A stretch of 64,000 bases of DNA, from the NCBI GenBank assembly GCA_951406725.2, contig OX597815.1:75516001-75580000 (forward strand), read 5' to 3'. The notes under the pieces were generated by a model. It had not been told where the DNA came from and searched no databases. It saw nothing but the letters and a program-made list of their open reading frames with translations. A program made the position numbers and the translations under genes. This DNA is from Octopus vulgaris. Lineage: Eukaryota. Below are positions 15,231 through 30,308 of this stretch, in pieces (positions within the stretch are counted from its first letter, which is position 1; every line of letters begins with the position of its first letter).

Positions 15231-15429
15231 TGTGTGTGTCTGTATTTATAAATATAAAGTAAACTATGGTTGCAGAACAAACAAATATAAGGTCATCCAC
15301 GTAACATATCACATCTTGAACATTTAATCACATAATGCTTTTTTCTTACACATAGAATATATATGTATACTTCTATAGCAGTCCAATTAAACAGTTTGTT
15401 CCTGATAAGAAACAATCACTTTATTATTG

Positions 15430-15492
<63 letters not shown>

Positions 15493-15493
<1 letters not shown>

Positions 15494-15655
15494 GACGGGT
15501 TAATTTCAGTTTCTGTCTACCAAATCACTCAAAAGGCTTTGGTCATCCCGAGATTATAGTAGAAGATAGTTGCGCAAGATGCCAGGTAATGGGACAGAAC
15601 CCGGAACCATGTGGGTGGGAAGCATTTTTTTTTACCATAAAACTACGCCTGCACC
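15493..15655 (-). mobile_element. SINE family B 5' half
   Basis: Reverse complement of the aggcgcagg..cccacatggttccgggttc..gtagacagaaactgaaa head. Confidence 0.75.
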
Positions 15656-15666
15656 AATATATATTA

Positions 15667-15702
<36 letters not shown>

Positions 15703-15704
15703 TG

Positions 15705-15768
<64 letters not shown>

Positions 15769-15931
15769 GGCGCAGGCGTGGTTATTATATATATCTATAT
15801 ATATTTATATCATCATCGATGAAGAAGAGGTCTATATTTATATTATATATCTTCACACATATACATATATACATACATATATATATATATATTTATATAT
15901 ATACATACAAATATATTATATATATATACAA

Positions 15932-16017
<86 letters not shown>

Positions 16018-16320
16018 TTATTTATTGCATCAGTCACAATTTACTGAACTGCTAAGTTATGGGGACGTAAACAAGTGCGCAACGCTTGTCAACTGGTTGT
16101 GGGGAACAAACGCAAACTCACGGCCAAACATACTTAGAAAAACTGACATATGCATATATATAAATATATGAATATATATATGTATGGGTGAGTGTGTGTG
16201 TATATATATATATGTATATGTATATGTATGTATTGTTTAGGGTTGTCATAATAGTACATATATAAATGAACCTCTGTTTACCTAATATCGAGGTCTCATT
16301 CTTTTGTTATCACTACTATA

Positions 16321-16378
<58 letters not shown>

Positions 16379-16682
16379 ATTCAAAATGGGTGATGACTAG
16401 CATCACGCTTGAAACTCAAGTGTACCAGAGAATTTGAAGCAAACCGTTTTGATTTAGATATGTGTGCGTGTGTATGTGTGTATGCATTCATGTATATTTA
16501 TGTATACAGTATATACATATATATATAAGTTTAATCATATATATACATATATGTATGTGTATATATAGTATATATATATATATGTTTGTATGTATATAAA
16601 TTTTTGTATACAGAGTATGTATATGTATATATATATTTGTACATATATATATTTATGTACATATATACATGCATATATATAA

Positions 16683-16728
<46 letters not shown>

Positions 16729-16782
16729 TTATATGCCTATATACATATATGTGTGTGTGCGCGTGCGCTGTGAAGGTGCGTG

Positions 16783-17020
16783 TCTTAATGGCTTAGGCAT
16801 TCGGCTCACGATCGTAAGTTCGTAGGTTCAATACCACGCGCAACGTGTTGTATCCTTGAGCAAGACACTTTATTTCACGTTACTCCAGTTCACTCTGCTC
16901 GCAAAAATGGGTAGTATCTATACTCCAAAGAACCAGCCTTGTCACACTCTGCGTCTCGCTGAATCCCCCTAAGAATTTACGTTAAGGGTGCATGTGTCTG
17001 TGGAGTGCTCAGACACTTCC
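16783..17020 (+). mobile_element. SINE family C copy
   Basis: Head aaggtgcgtgtcttaatgg, ccttgagcaagacactttatttcacg; 3' part matches the reverse complement of 19270-19408. Confidence 0.7.
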
Positions 17021-17087
17021 GAGTTATATATACACAAATTCATATGTATATATACAGGTACATATATATATACTTATATATATACAC

Positions 17088-17138
<51 letters not shown>

Positions 17139-17395
17139 TACATATATATGTATGCATATATATACATATGTTCGTGTTTATATATATATATATATATATA
17201 TACATACGTGTGTATACACTTGACTATAGACTGAACAATGGATGGATAGATAGATAAATAGATGTCATAGTTATATATTATATGTATCTAATATATATAT
17301 ATACCTATTGTATCTAATAGGTATATATTTTAAATTATATAAATATAATATATATATGTATATATATATATATATATATATTGTGTGTGTGTGTG

Positions 17396-17468
<73 letters not shown>

Positions 17469-17821
17469 CTGTGTGTTATACGGGATCTCCATCTTTCGAT
17501 AATGAAGATTCAGTTGTTTGATCATCCGAGTTACTCCTTATTTAAACTGTGATAGCCTGTGAATTCCATAGCTAAGTGTAATCGAAACATAATTCTCTGT
17601 CATAGAGTAAACAAGAGTTCACCTTAATTTCAAGGTCTGCATACAGATTACTACATTTCATTTTCAATCACTAAGTCTGGATCGACCACATGATATAGAA
17701 ATTACCATTTTCCCAAGATGCTTTGCAGTAGGGTTACCATATGGCTGCGAATTAAATTTCTTAACAATTCGACTATGTTATACATGCATGCACACATACA
17801 TATATACATATATATACATCT

Positions 17822-17874
<53 letters not shown>

Positions 17875-18376
17875 TATACATATATACACACACACATATA
17901 TATATACAAACATATATATACATATATATATACATATATATATATGCATATATACATATATATATATACATATACACACACATATATATATACATGTATA
18001 TTATATATACATATATATACATATATGTATATTTATGTATAAATATATATATATATACATATATATACATATATATATGTACATATATATATACATATAT
18101 ATATACACATATATGTATATATACATGTATATGCATATATATATGTATATACATATGTATATATGCATATATATATGTATATATATATACATATGTATAT
18201 ATGCATATATATATATATGTATATACATGTATATATATGTGTATATACATATATACATATATATATGCATATATATATGTTCATATATATATATATGCAT
18301 ATATATATATGTATATACATGTATATATATGTGTATATACATATATACATATATATATGCATTTATATATATGTTC

Positions 18377-18407
<31 letters not shown>

Positions 18408-18474
18408 TATGCATATATGTATATATTTATATACATATATATATACATATACATACATATATATATGCATATAT

Positions 18475-18544
<70 letters not shown>

Positions 18545-18745
18545 TAGTGTACGTTTTTATACACAAAAGAAGTGACGTTTAACAGGATACCTTACATGCT
18601 GGAAAGGGCAGTTAAAGCCCAAACCACGAATAAGAGTAATTTCAAAGGGAATGAAAAATAGAAACGTTTCAATAGTTTTAATACACACACATACATATAT
18701 TTGAGAGGGAGATAGAGTGGTACAGATAAATGCGACTAGGCTTAA

Positions 18746-18821
<76 letters not shown>

Positions 18822-18919
18822 GGGGAGAAAGAGAGATGCAAAAACTAAATACATTCATAAGATAAACGCATATGTAGAAACATACAGATATTTATATATA
18901 TTGACACCCTCTCTCTTCC

Positions 18920-20503
18920 TGCTTAGCGGTATTTCGTCTTCGTTACGTTGTGAGTTCAAATTCCGCCGAGCTCGACTTTGCCTTTCATCCTTTCGGGGTC
19001 GTTAAATTAAGTACCAGTTACGCACTGGGGTCGATGTAATCGACTTAATACCTATGTCTGTCCTTGTTTTTTTCCCCTCTGTGTTTAGCCCCTCGTGGGT
19101 AATAAAGAAATATGTATATATTTGTGTGTGTGTGTGTGTGTGTAGGTAGCATATATATAGTTAGATAAATAGTTTGACAGATGCAGATATGGCACTCTCT
19201 CGGGTACGTCGACAAGAATTCCAGTTGATCCGATCAACGGAACAGCCTGCTCGTGAAATTAACGCGCATGTGGCTGAGCACTCCACAGATATGTGTATCA
19301 TTTACGTGGTTCTCGGGAACATTCAGCATAACGCAGTGTGACAAGGCTGGCCTTTTGAAATACAGGAGCTATTCAGCTGAGTGAACTGTAGCAATGTAAA
19401 ATAAAATTTACGATTGTGAGCTGAATACCCTAAGCACTAAACCTTCATTGCACACACACACACACTTACACACACATTCTTTTATTCTTTTATTTGTTTC
19501 AGTCATTTGACTGCGGCCATGCTGGAGCACCACCTTTAGTCGAACAAATCGACCCGAGGACTTATTCTTTGTAAGCCTCGTACTTATTCTATCAGTCTAT
19601 TTTGCCAAACCGCTAAGCTACGGGGATATAAACATACCAACGTCGGTTGTCAAGTGAATGGGGCTATGCGCCTCATATACTCCCTTCCATACACTTTCTG
19701 CAACTTTGCGTTGGCCTCTGAGCAGGTATCGCCATGACAACTTTCTCTGTCATGGTCAATGCGGTGATCACATGCTACACACCTTCCTTCCAAGCACTGC
19801 TGTGTGTGCATGTGTAAGGGCGCATAACTCAGTGTTTAGAGCGTCGGGCTCACAATCAGGAGGTAGTGAGTTCGATTCCCGGACCGGGTTGTGTGTTGTA
19901 TTCTTGAGCAAGACACCTTATTTCACGTTGCTCTAGATCACTCATCTGTAGAAAGGAGTTGCAACGTCACTGGCGCCAAGTTGTATCATACTTTGGCTTT
20001 CCCTTCGATAAAATTGGTGACGTGGATTGGAGAAGCTGGTATAAGTGGGCGACTGCTAGTCTTCCATAAACAACCTTGTTTACTCTTTTTACCCCATACA
20101 CACACACGAATGTATTTATGTATGTATGTATGTATGTATGTATGTATGTATACTCTTTACTCTTTTACTTGTTTCAGTCATTTGACTGCGGCCATGCTGG
20201 AGCACTGCCTTTAGTCGAGCAAATCGACCCCGGGACTTATTCTTTGTAAGCCCAGTACTTATTCTGTCGGTCTCTTTTGCCGAATCGCTAAGTGACGGGG
20301 ACGTAAACACACCAGCATCGGTTGTCAAGCAATGCCAGGGGACCAACACAGACATACAAACACACACATACACATATATATATATATATACATATATACA
20401 ACAGGCTTCTTTCAGTTTCCGTCTACCAAATCCACTCACAAGGCATTGGTCGGCCCAGGGCTATAGCAGAAGACACTTGCCCAAGATGCCACGCAGTGGG
20501 ACT
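18920..20503. mobile_element. Nested SINE/transposon cluster: A (18920-19112 +), C (19185-19408 -), B (19478-19655 -), mariner fragment (19660-19803), C (19817-20075 +), near-full B (20152-20503 -)
   Basis: Each block matches other family copies in the window; 19660-19803 matches 23810-23943. Confidence 0.8.
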
Positions 20504-21453
20504 GTATGTATGCATGCACGCATGTATGTATACATGTGTATAGGTATAATTTTCAAATCAGACATTTTATGGATGGCTAAATATCAGTTTATGAACTCAT
20601 TACGTGTATGCCATTCTTTTCATCAACTCACTAAACTAGTAAATATGAAGTTGATCTCTGCACCAGAATCGAACTCAGAACATTAACGGAGTTAACTGAA
20701 TATTGTATAGCAACATATATGAGGCACTACCAAGAAGGCCATTCCACCACCTTCATTTCTAAAATTACACAAGGATTCAATATCTTGCGCAGTGTTATAT
20801 AATTCATTACCTCGCGCCTTTTACTTGTCTCATCTTGAAACAAAATGCATTTATTAGATGCGCATAAACGTTTTATTCCGGCAAATTTTTTTCTTGACAA
20901 TTGATAATAGACATACAGATGGATCCAGTGGATCTAGCTATATTATATTTCAGATTACTTACAACAAACTGCTACAGGAATACATAAAGTGTAATTGCCA
21001 AAGAAATAAATTTCATTTTCTTTCTTCGCCTTCGAAAATCTTTAGTTGCTACAAGTTGTCTGCCATTGTTACACAGATAATGGAGAATTTCCTGCGTGGT
21101 TACACATATGCGGCAAGTTTAACGCAGAAATAATTGTGCAACCACCAGACAGCCTGTGTTAATGAAGTCAAGTAAGAAGTTCTGCGACATCATATACATA
21201 CATATACACACAAACGCATATGTATATGCATATCTATCTATCATAATATATATATATATATATAAAGCTTTCATATACACACGTGTATATATATGTATAT
21301 ACATATATATATATATGTACATATATATATGTATGTATATACATGTATATATATATATATGTATATACATATATATGTTTATATATATATACATGTATGT
21401 ATATATATATATATATATATACATGTATACATATATACACACAGATATATATG

Positions 21454-21512
<59 letters not shown>

Positions 21513-21862
21513 GTGTGTATGTATATATACATAATTATATATATATATATCTGAGTGTGTGTGTATGTGTGTGTATGAAACAAAGCAAGAAGTGAGGGGT
21601 TGTTTATAAGAAATTTAATTGTAGTCATACATACGTGTTATTAAAAATGATTTAGTTACAAAATGAAAATAACATAAAGCGTGGTGCCAAATCTTCAGAG
21701 ACAAGTAACCTTTATGTGTAACTTGCTTTTTAAACCATGCATATACAATTACATATATATATATTTAAATACACATATACATAGTTAAATACAAATGTAT
21801 ATACTTAAATACATACACACACATATATACATATATCTCTGTGTGCGTGTGTGCGTGCGCTG

Positions 21863-21911
<49 letters not shown>

Positions 21912-22512
21912 ACACAAGGATAACTTTGATTATTGAATTCAAAGTTTCTGTTCAGGTAACTTGGAAACATCTTTCCTTGTAAAATATAATGAACTAAATG
22001 TTATACTATAATAAAAGTATTATTGGATCACTCCATTAACCTTTCACTGTTTTATATAACTAACATTAATATGTGTATGTATATATGTATGTACGTATGT
22101 TTGTATGTATGTCAAAATGAGCTTATTCTTCCACATATACAGACGGATAACACATAAACGATATGTATATCTTCTATATCCATTCTACACTTACATTAGC
22201 CATAAATATATAAACGCTTACATACACAAACACGCGCGTGCGCGCACAGACACACACATACGCGCGAAGGAACACACACACACACACATACGCGCGAAGG
22301 AACACACACACACACAAGCATAAAGGCGCTAGAAATGCTAAGTGATTAAGTTCGATTCGCAGCCTTCTGCTGTATAGCTAAAACTTTTTGTGCGAGTGGA
22401 TGTGTGCATGTATAGGTATGAATATGGATATATAGGAACAGAAAGTGAGGGTGTGTTATGCACACACACACACATATGTATGCATAATATACACGCACAC
22501 ACACACATACAT

Positions 22513-22550
<38 letters not shown>

Positions 22551-22569
22551 TATATATATATATATATAG

Positions 22570-22899
22570 TAGTGTACATTTAAACACAAGAGATAACTAA
22601 CTTTAACAGGTAATTTTTATACGCTGGAAGAAGCAGTCAAAACGACCAAAACCACATTTAAGAATAATTTTCGAAGGGAATGAAAAATAAGAACTTTTAC
22701 CTTGTTATTTTTTTACGGTTATACCTAGGTTTCAGATTTCTTTAGCAAATAAAATAATTTGCTAGGCGAATCCTCATTAGTAACCGTGCCAGAACATTAA
22801 CATATAATTTAGAGACAAATAACACGTGTCTCATCATTATGTTATAATTTTTCAGAATTCACCGCGCAAGCGCAGTTTCTTGTGTTTAAATGTACACTA
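22570..22899. mobile_element. About 330-bp element with 22-bp terminal inverted repeats (MITE-like); truncated relative at 18546-18680
   Basis: Starts tagtgtacatttaaacacaaga and ends tcttgtgtttaaatgtacacta. Confidence 0.7.
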
Positions 22900-23017
22900 T
22901 TTTATATTGAGAATATGTTGTCTATTGCCTTTTTATATATGCTAGGCCACTGGTGGTGAAATTTCTAAAAATATTCGCCATCCCATATATTTTACATATA
23001 TATATATTTATATATAT

Positions 23018-23151
23018 AATCCAAATAAGCAACAAGGATCTGGATATCCTTGTTGCTTACTTGGATTTTAATCACCTTACTTTCAAATTGTATGGATAAT
23101 ACTGTACTAAATTCTGGTGCCTCAACTTAAGTACCTTATTCATCTGAATCT

Positions 23152-23155
<4 letters not shown>
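23018..23155 (+). mobile_element. Hairpin + tail insert in (TA)n, truncated member of the 44446-44770 family
   Basis: aatccaaataagcaacaagga / tccttgttgcttacttggatt hairpin; the tail is similar to the reverse complement of 44465-44570. Confidence 0.7.
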
Positions 23156-23199
<44 letters not shown>

Positions 23200-23200
<1 letters not shown>

Positions 23201-24087
23201 GTGATCTGATCAATGGGTATCCGGACTGTAGCCATAGTAACAAAATTAAAACACGCAGAGTAAAGCTGCATATTGACCTTGAACTCTGATGTGCATGCGC
23301 AGTAAGTTTTAGCGTTCTAGCTTACTTCCACTGTTTACAATAGTGCTTGGAAGGAAGGTGTGTAGCATGTGTTCGTCGCATTGACAATGACAGAATAAGT
23401 TCAGCAGAGAATCTGCAGCAAATTTTGCCAAAAGCTTGGCGATACCTCCTCAGAGGCCTACGCAAAGTTTTCAAAAATGTTTCATCGTTCTCGACACAAT
23501 CAAGGACATTTTGTGAAGCTGAAACCCGAGTGTCCTTTTTATCAGCTGAAAGCAGTTTTAGCACAAACTTGGCGGACACGTGCCTCATAACGAAATCTTC
23601 AGTGGTAATGGACTGAACTGAACCGAAACTAATCTGCACATCCTGCAATAACCTACGGGTGGTGATTCGACGATTTCCCCTTACGGCTTCATGCACATTT
23701 GCGATGCTTTTCTCAGTTCCGCTGGTTGCGGGTCTCTTAGAACGTTCGTCAATATCGACATCTTTTTCGGCCATCTTAGAAACGTCTGAACCACTCATAC
23801 ACTTGAGTGCGGCTCATATACTCCCCTCCATATACTTTCTGCAACTTTGCGTTGTCCTCTGAGCAGGTATCGCCATGACAACTTTCTCTGTCATGGTCAA
23901 TGCGGTGATCACACGCTACACACCTTCCTTCAAAGCACTGCTGTAAACAACGGAAATGAACTAAAATATCAAAACTTAGTGAGCATGCACAACAGAGTTT
24001 AACATCCAACTGTATCAAGCGGCTACACTCTGCGTGCTTTAGCTTCGTTACCATAACAAAGTCTCCATGCTTATTGATCAGACCTCG
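23200..24087 (-). mobile_element. Mariner-derived non-autonomous element with long inverted arms and a partial transposase (HTH region)
   Basis: TA-cgtgatctgatcaa ... ttgatcagacctcg-TA; minus ORFs give LQKVYGGEYMSRTQVYEWFRRF and DERSKRPATS..NRRITTR..ISFGSVQSI..RHVSAKFVLKLLS; no catalytic domain. Confidence 0.9.
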
Positions 24088-24113
24088 TATATATATATAT
24101 ATATATATTTATA

Positions 24114-24157
<44 letters not shown>

Positions 24158-24219
24158 TGTGTGTGTATGTATGTAATCATGTATGTACGTATGTATATGC
24201 ATACATATATATACACATA

Positions 24220-24257
<38 letters not shown>

Positions 24258-24261
<4 letters not shown>

Positions 24262-24398
24262 GTTGTCCCAAAAGTTCGTAAACACTTGCGAAAATTGAAT
24301 TTTTACTCGCCAAGTACTAACAAAAACAACAAAAATTACTCCTCAAAATAAAGACCATTATTTTCCAAGACTTTCTACGAACTTTTGGGACAACCTTA
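24258..24398. mobile_element. About 140-bp mariner-type MITE (MADE1-like terminal motif)
   Basis: TA-ttaggttgtcccaaaagttcgta ... tacgaacttttgggacaacctta-TA. Confidence 0.85.
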
Positions 24399-24549
24399 TA
24401 TATATACATACGATATACATAATGTTTAAAAGAAGTTCATTATTATATGTACAAATATGCGTATGTATAAAGTATTTTCATAAATATATTTATACATATC
24501 TACGTAAGTTATACTTATTTGTATGTATAGGTATGTATATGATTTTTAT

Positions 24550-24551
24550 CG

Positions 24552-24607
<56 letters not shown>

Positions 24608-24633
24608 GCTGTTGTTGTTGTTGCTGCTGCTGC

Positions 24634-24682
<49 letters not shown>
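24550..24682. repeat. (GTT)n microsatellite
   Basis: Directly visible. Confidence 0.95.
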
Positions 24683-24990
24683 AATATTATCAATCAGTCT
24701 CTGTGGAGGTCATCCCAAAGTCTCTGTTAATCCCCGAGGAGCAAACAATTCTAGTCAAGAAAAAGACACTAAAGATGGAATACAGCATTTTGTCCAGCAC
24801 AGTAATGTGAATAATAATAATAATAACATTAATAATAATAATAATAATAATAGTTGATATTCTTTCAGAATATGACAGAAAAGGAAGGATATATATGGTC
24901 ACTTTTCAACATACATCTATATATTTAACATCAATGTATTTTATAACAATGTGTATATATGTGTCTGAAAAGAGAGGAAGAGAGAGAGAG

Positions 24991-25042
<52 letters not shown>

Positions 25043-26308
25043 TCTGTGTGTGTGTGTGTGTGTGTGCGTGTGTGTGTGTGCATGTGCATATGAGGGAGAG
25101 AGGGGGAAAGAGGGAGAATGTGTGTGTGCGTGTATGTGTGTGAGAGAGAGAGAGTGAGTGAGAAAGAGTCTTTTGACAAAAGCAGAAATGCTCACAAATG
25201 GATACTTTACTCTTGATTTTGAAGAAGTAAATCTCCAAAATCATAAGGTGTCCTACGCTGGAAAGAGAATTCAAGACTGGTGTCTTGCATACAGCTACTG
25301 ACTAATTTAATAATTACGTGTAATTTGAATATAGCTTTGTCGAACGAGATTTTAAATAGTTTTCTAGTCGTGTTTGTTATAATTGTGTTGCATCTGTATA
25401 CGGCTATCTTAACGTTGTCAAAAGGAGGTTTACAGCAAACTGAATGTGCAACACGGCTTGCCGTGAACTGAGTGTAGACTGTGGTAGTCAAAAGTATATC
25501 AATAATAAGATTATACACTTAATAACTGCTAGAACTACTGATAGAAATACTGGAAAAATACAGAAGGAACTATAGACATTGAAGACAGTAGAGAAATTTG
25601 TTTTATCAATATGGCCCGTGCTCCCTTTCAGATTTAAATGGGGTTGGTGAAACCCACCCCTTTTTAACGGCGTAATAATTCATTCATCTATTTTCTCTGC
25701 TGACTATTCCTGAGAGGGCCGTGGATATAGAGTCTTCTGGCACCTCATCCGTACGGTCATTTCTAAAAGATTTCCAAGCATGACCAATTGAGACTATGGA
25801 TGTTATCCAACCATTTCATTCTTGATATACTCCAAAGTCTCCTGACGTTTGAATCGGTTTGAAGAATTCGTCTTGCGATTCTTCCATGCGACTTTCTGAT
25901 CACATATTCGCATTATCTCAATGCAGTGAAGTAACATTTCGACCGCTTCTATTCGCGAACGTACTCTTTCGGTCATTACTCAACATTCATGTTTTTAATG
26001 TTGATTTTAATTTTGGTTTAATTTACAGCTAGTGATGTCCTATCGGTCACAAACTTCAGTATCTAACGTGTTTAAAAACAGAAATGACCGATCAATATTT
26101 AGTTTCGTTTTACTTTCGTAAATTCTTTCTGGTTTTAAATTTTGATGGTCTCACTTTAGTTTACCTCACCTTGCAATTGCTATTCTCGCATTGTTTTTGT
26201 TATTGTTGCTGTTGTTGTTGCTAAATACAGTTGTTTTCTGATATTTGAACTACACTTACAACATACCATACACGCGCGCACGCACGCACGCACACATACA
26301 CATATACA

Positions 26309-26399
<91 letters not shown>

Positions 26400-26834
26400 A
26401 CACAGAGACATTCTTACTGTATTGTTTCTATCCGTAATTTTCTGTCCAATAGCTATGCTGCTGTCCTCAACGTTTACTCCTTATTTCTCCATCACTTCAA
26501 TGATAATCCTTATTTCACAGTCGCAACCAGATAAGCTGCACCATATAATATTTAAAGTCGGACCTTAAACGCGCTGAAACTGCACTTGTAGTCTACTCTC
26601 CATGGCCTATGAGAGGATTTCTATGGCCAAAGAAAAAAGAAACAAACGCAATTACACCAGAGCTGAAGACACCTCCGAAAGGAGGAGGCCGCCACGTCGA
26701 AAACGGTGGAGGAGTAGGGGCCGAAACCGGGCGTGGTCTCTCCTGAATATGATCTTAGCCATTGGATCCTATAAAGGAGTTGTTGAGGCAATGAAACATG
26801 AAACACGGTTGGAATTCCTTCCTATATGTTGATT

Positions 26835-27640
26835 TCAACTTCTGGCACAAGGCCTTTTTTGTGAGAGCGGAGGAATAAGTCGATTACATCGACCCCCCCC
26901 CCCCCTAGTGCTCAACTGGCATTTAGTCAACTTGGAAAGGATGAAAGGCAAAGTCGACCTCGGCGTGAAGACGGATGAAATGCCGCTAAACATTTAGCCC
27001 GGCATGCTACAGATTCTGCCATCAAAACTTAACGCTTTTATGATACAGAATAAAAGTAGAAGGTTAGCACAAAAGGTAGAATGTTGGATTAAAACCATGT
27101 ATTATTTGATGAAGCCATTTTGTGTTCCGAGTTCAAATTCTGTCGCGAGATCAATAAAATCAACACCTGCAACTATACCTACTCTAAAAATTCCTGATCT
27201 TTTGCCAATACTAGAAATCAGTATTAGTACCGAAAGAAATTGAACAGCACTGGATTCGACAGTTAATGGTATTTTGTGTCTGTCTCTCTACGTGAGCCAC
27301 TATTCCAACTGACTCTCCAGGAAGAAAATAATAGCATGTTAATAAGTATAGTGTGATTTTGCAATTAACTATATACTCCGCTCCAGTCAAAAATTACCTT
27401 GAGCTAAGAGCTTATCTTACTACTAAAATTGCGAGCTGGCAGATTTGTTAGCGCATCGAACAAAATACTTAGCGGCATTTCTTCCAGAGCTTTATTTTCT
27501 GTATCAAATACTGCCGATATCAACATTGCCTTTTATCCTTTCGGCTCAATAAAATTACGGTACCAGTCAACTACTATGGTTGATTTATTCAACTAAACCC
27601 CTCCATAAAGTTGCCGACCTCGGGCCTAAATTAAAAATCA
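26835..27640. mobile_element. Degenerate SINE family A copies (26835-27020 -, 27060-27230 +, 27430-27640 +)
   Basis: ggatgaaaggcaaagtcgacctcggcg (reverse core) and gcgagctggcagatttgttagc head. Confidence 0.65.
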
Positions 27641-28171
27641 TTACTATCATACAAGTATGATTAGAGATGTAGATCAGCAACACTTGAGCGAGTTCTAAGT
27701 GGTAAGGCGAATTCACATACTACGTTTTGTTCCGAATCAAGATATTTTTCTGATTTTGTAACTATAAATGATAAAGTAACGTAGAGCTCGGTTAATAAGG
27801 AATTACACAACTATATAGTTCACGAGTTCAAATACCAGCAGAGGTTAACTTTGAAGCTTATCGTTTGTGTCTCGATAAAATATGTACCAGTTAGGCACTG
27901 GGCTGTTTTAATTGACTTAGTACTTCCTCTACTAATCTGTGGCTTCGTGATAATGCAAGAAATCATTATTACTATTATTAATAAAACTGTGAATATCATA
28001 ATCGGTAGCGCAGCAGACAAAATGCCTTACAGTACGTAGTTACATCCCGTTTATATACAACTTTTGTCTTTCATCTTTACGTTGTCGATAAAAACAAGAA
28101 CTAGTTGCAGGTCGATTATATCGACAGCACGCACTCCAAAAATATGTAGCGTTGCGGTTATGTTCAGAAAC

Positions 28172-28218
<47 letters not shown>

Positions 28219-29156
28219 GCACTATAAAATGTAGTCGAAGACTTCATCTTTGATTCACTTGTGACACATTCCTGGCATTAATATCTGATAATTCCTTTGA
28301 TACTTTCTTCTAACAAACAGAACGTGCGTCACTTAACTATTCGTACCTCCCTCCTAGCTGTCAGAAATACGTACACGATATTCTGGAGAAAGGTCAAATA
28401 AGCTGATGTCTCGTTGATGGATGTTAACTCTGATCACGAAATTTCAAACAATTAATGCAGTGGACAAAATACATTCACGCTTCTCATTCGACGTTATTGA
28501 TACCCAGAGGGAATGAACATCACAAGATCACATTATTACGATGCAGTTGTCGAGAGCGGGGGAGGTAAACGGAAGCTTTAGGTAAGCCAAATTGGTGAAT
28601 CGGTCCGGTTTCGATTGGAAGGTATTATCTCCTCTAAAGTTGCTAATACCTTAAAGAGTACTACAGGCTATTATGCTCAACAACAGGTGTTTCCATTGAT
28701 TGATTAGTGAGTTTCATGAGCAAAGGTTACTGTTTATAACAAGGTTGAGCTGAGATGCCGAATACGTCTTAGATATGACACAATACGGAGGCAATGCGCT
28801 CCGAACTATTTAAACACACTAAACACACATGTCAACACGTTCAGGTACACCATCCCTATCTCTCTCTCGCTCTCTCTCCCCTTTACCCTCTCTCACCTAA
28901 GTTAAGCATATATATATATATATATATATACATACACAAAGACAAAAATAGAGAGAGTTATTGATATATATGTATACATATACTCTCATCAACGCATGTA
29001 TGTCATACTTTTCCTCTTTAACATATACATACCTAAGATATTCACACATATAAATTATCAATGTACTTATGGATGTGCAATACACATATGTATGTATGTA
29101 TATATATATACACATATGTATGTATGTATGTATATATATACACATATGTATGTATG

Positions 29157-29196
<40 letters not shown>

Positions 29197-29197
<1 letters not shown>

Positions 29198-29743
29198 GAA
29201 AGAAGGTTTGAAAATGCAATTTTAAAAGATGTTTATTTACTTTACCGGTTTCACTCTTTAGAAAAAGATTGTCAAAAGTAACATGTAAAAGTTTGGTTGT
29301 GTTAATTATTGGTTGTCACAAATTGCCACAATATATATATACAGTCTTTGGTAACAGGGACATGTTAAGGACATAAAAATGTTTAACAAGTTCATGCAAA
29401 TATTGGGCACAAAAGATTCCAACATCAATATACATTCTCAAGAAAATGTTAAAGATAGTTTCCAGAAGGAATTATTAAAAAGTTCAGTGGAATATTGGTA
29501 CACACGCACAGTTCAAAAAGGTTTACATTATGGTAGAAGGCAAGTTCAAACTGACCTGGTCCACGGTGTTATCGTATTTTACGTGTGCACCAATATTCCA
29601 CTGAACTTTTTAATAATTCCTTCTGGAAACTATCTTTAGCATTTTCTTGAGAATGTATATTGATGTTGGAATCATTTGTGCCCAATATTTGCATGAACTT
29701 GTTAAACGTTTTTATGTCCTTAACATGTCCTTGTTACCAAAGA

Positions 29744-29782
<39 letters not shown>

Positions 29783-29954
29783 AGCAATTTGTGACAACCA
29801 ATAAATAACACAACCAAACTTTTACATGTTACTTTTGACAATCTTTTTCTAAAGAGTGAAACCGGTAAAGTAAATAAACATCTTTTAAAATTGCATTTTC
29901 AAACCTTCTTTCGTATATAATTCCACTCGTGCGGTACCTTACAACTCCACTTTG

Positions 29955-29955
<1 letters not shown>
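29197..29955 (+). mobile_element. Long inverted-repeat insert in (TA)n: about 310-bp arms (29197-29506 / 29582-29913), spacer, short tail
   Basis: Arms are near-perfect reverse complements with a handful of substitutions; (TA)n on both sides. Confidence 0.85.
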
Positions 29956-29993
<38 letters not shown>

Positions 29994-30084
29994 TCCATTG
30001 TCCTATTTTTGTTACCAACTTTGACCCTCCGCAAATCCCGTAATCACAAATTACGTTTTGTGACGTCCTGTATCCATATATGCA

Positions 30085-30254
<170 letters not shown>

Positions 30255-30270
30255 CATATATGTAGGTATG

Positions 30271-30308
<38 letters not shown>

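Noticed and set aside
17702-18582. Long ORFs of YI/CV/HT or homopolymer residues here and throughout the window
   Set aside because: They are translations of stop-free microsatellites, not genes
25600-26070. Possible ancient DNA transposon remnant
   Set aside because: No TIR pair or catalytic motif could be established by eye
26602-26832. 76-aa Arg-rich ORF and CTGAAGA followed by a cctcc-GAAA-ggagg hairpin
   Set aside because: No recognisable domain, and hammerhead stems I and III cannot be formed
28513-28590. Possible further ATG exon ending at GTAAAC or GTAAGC
   Set aside because: The phase-1 donor is weak, the strong donor gives a different phase, and there is no promoter evidence
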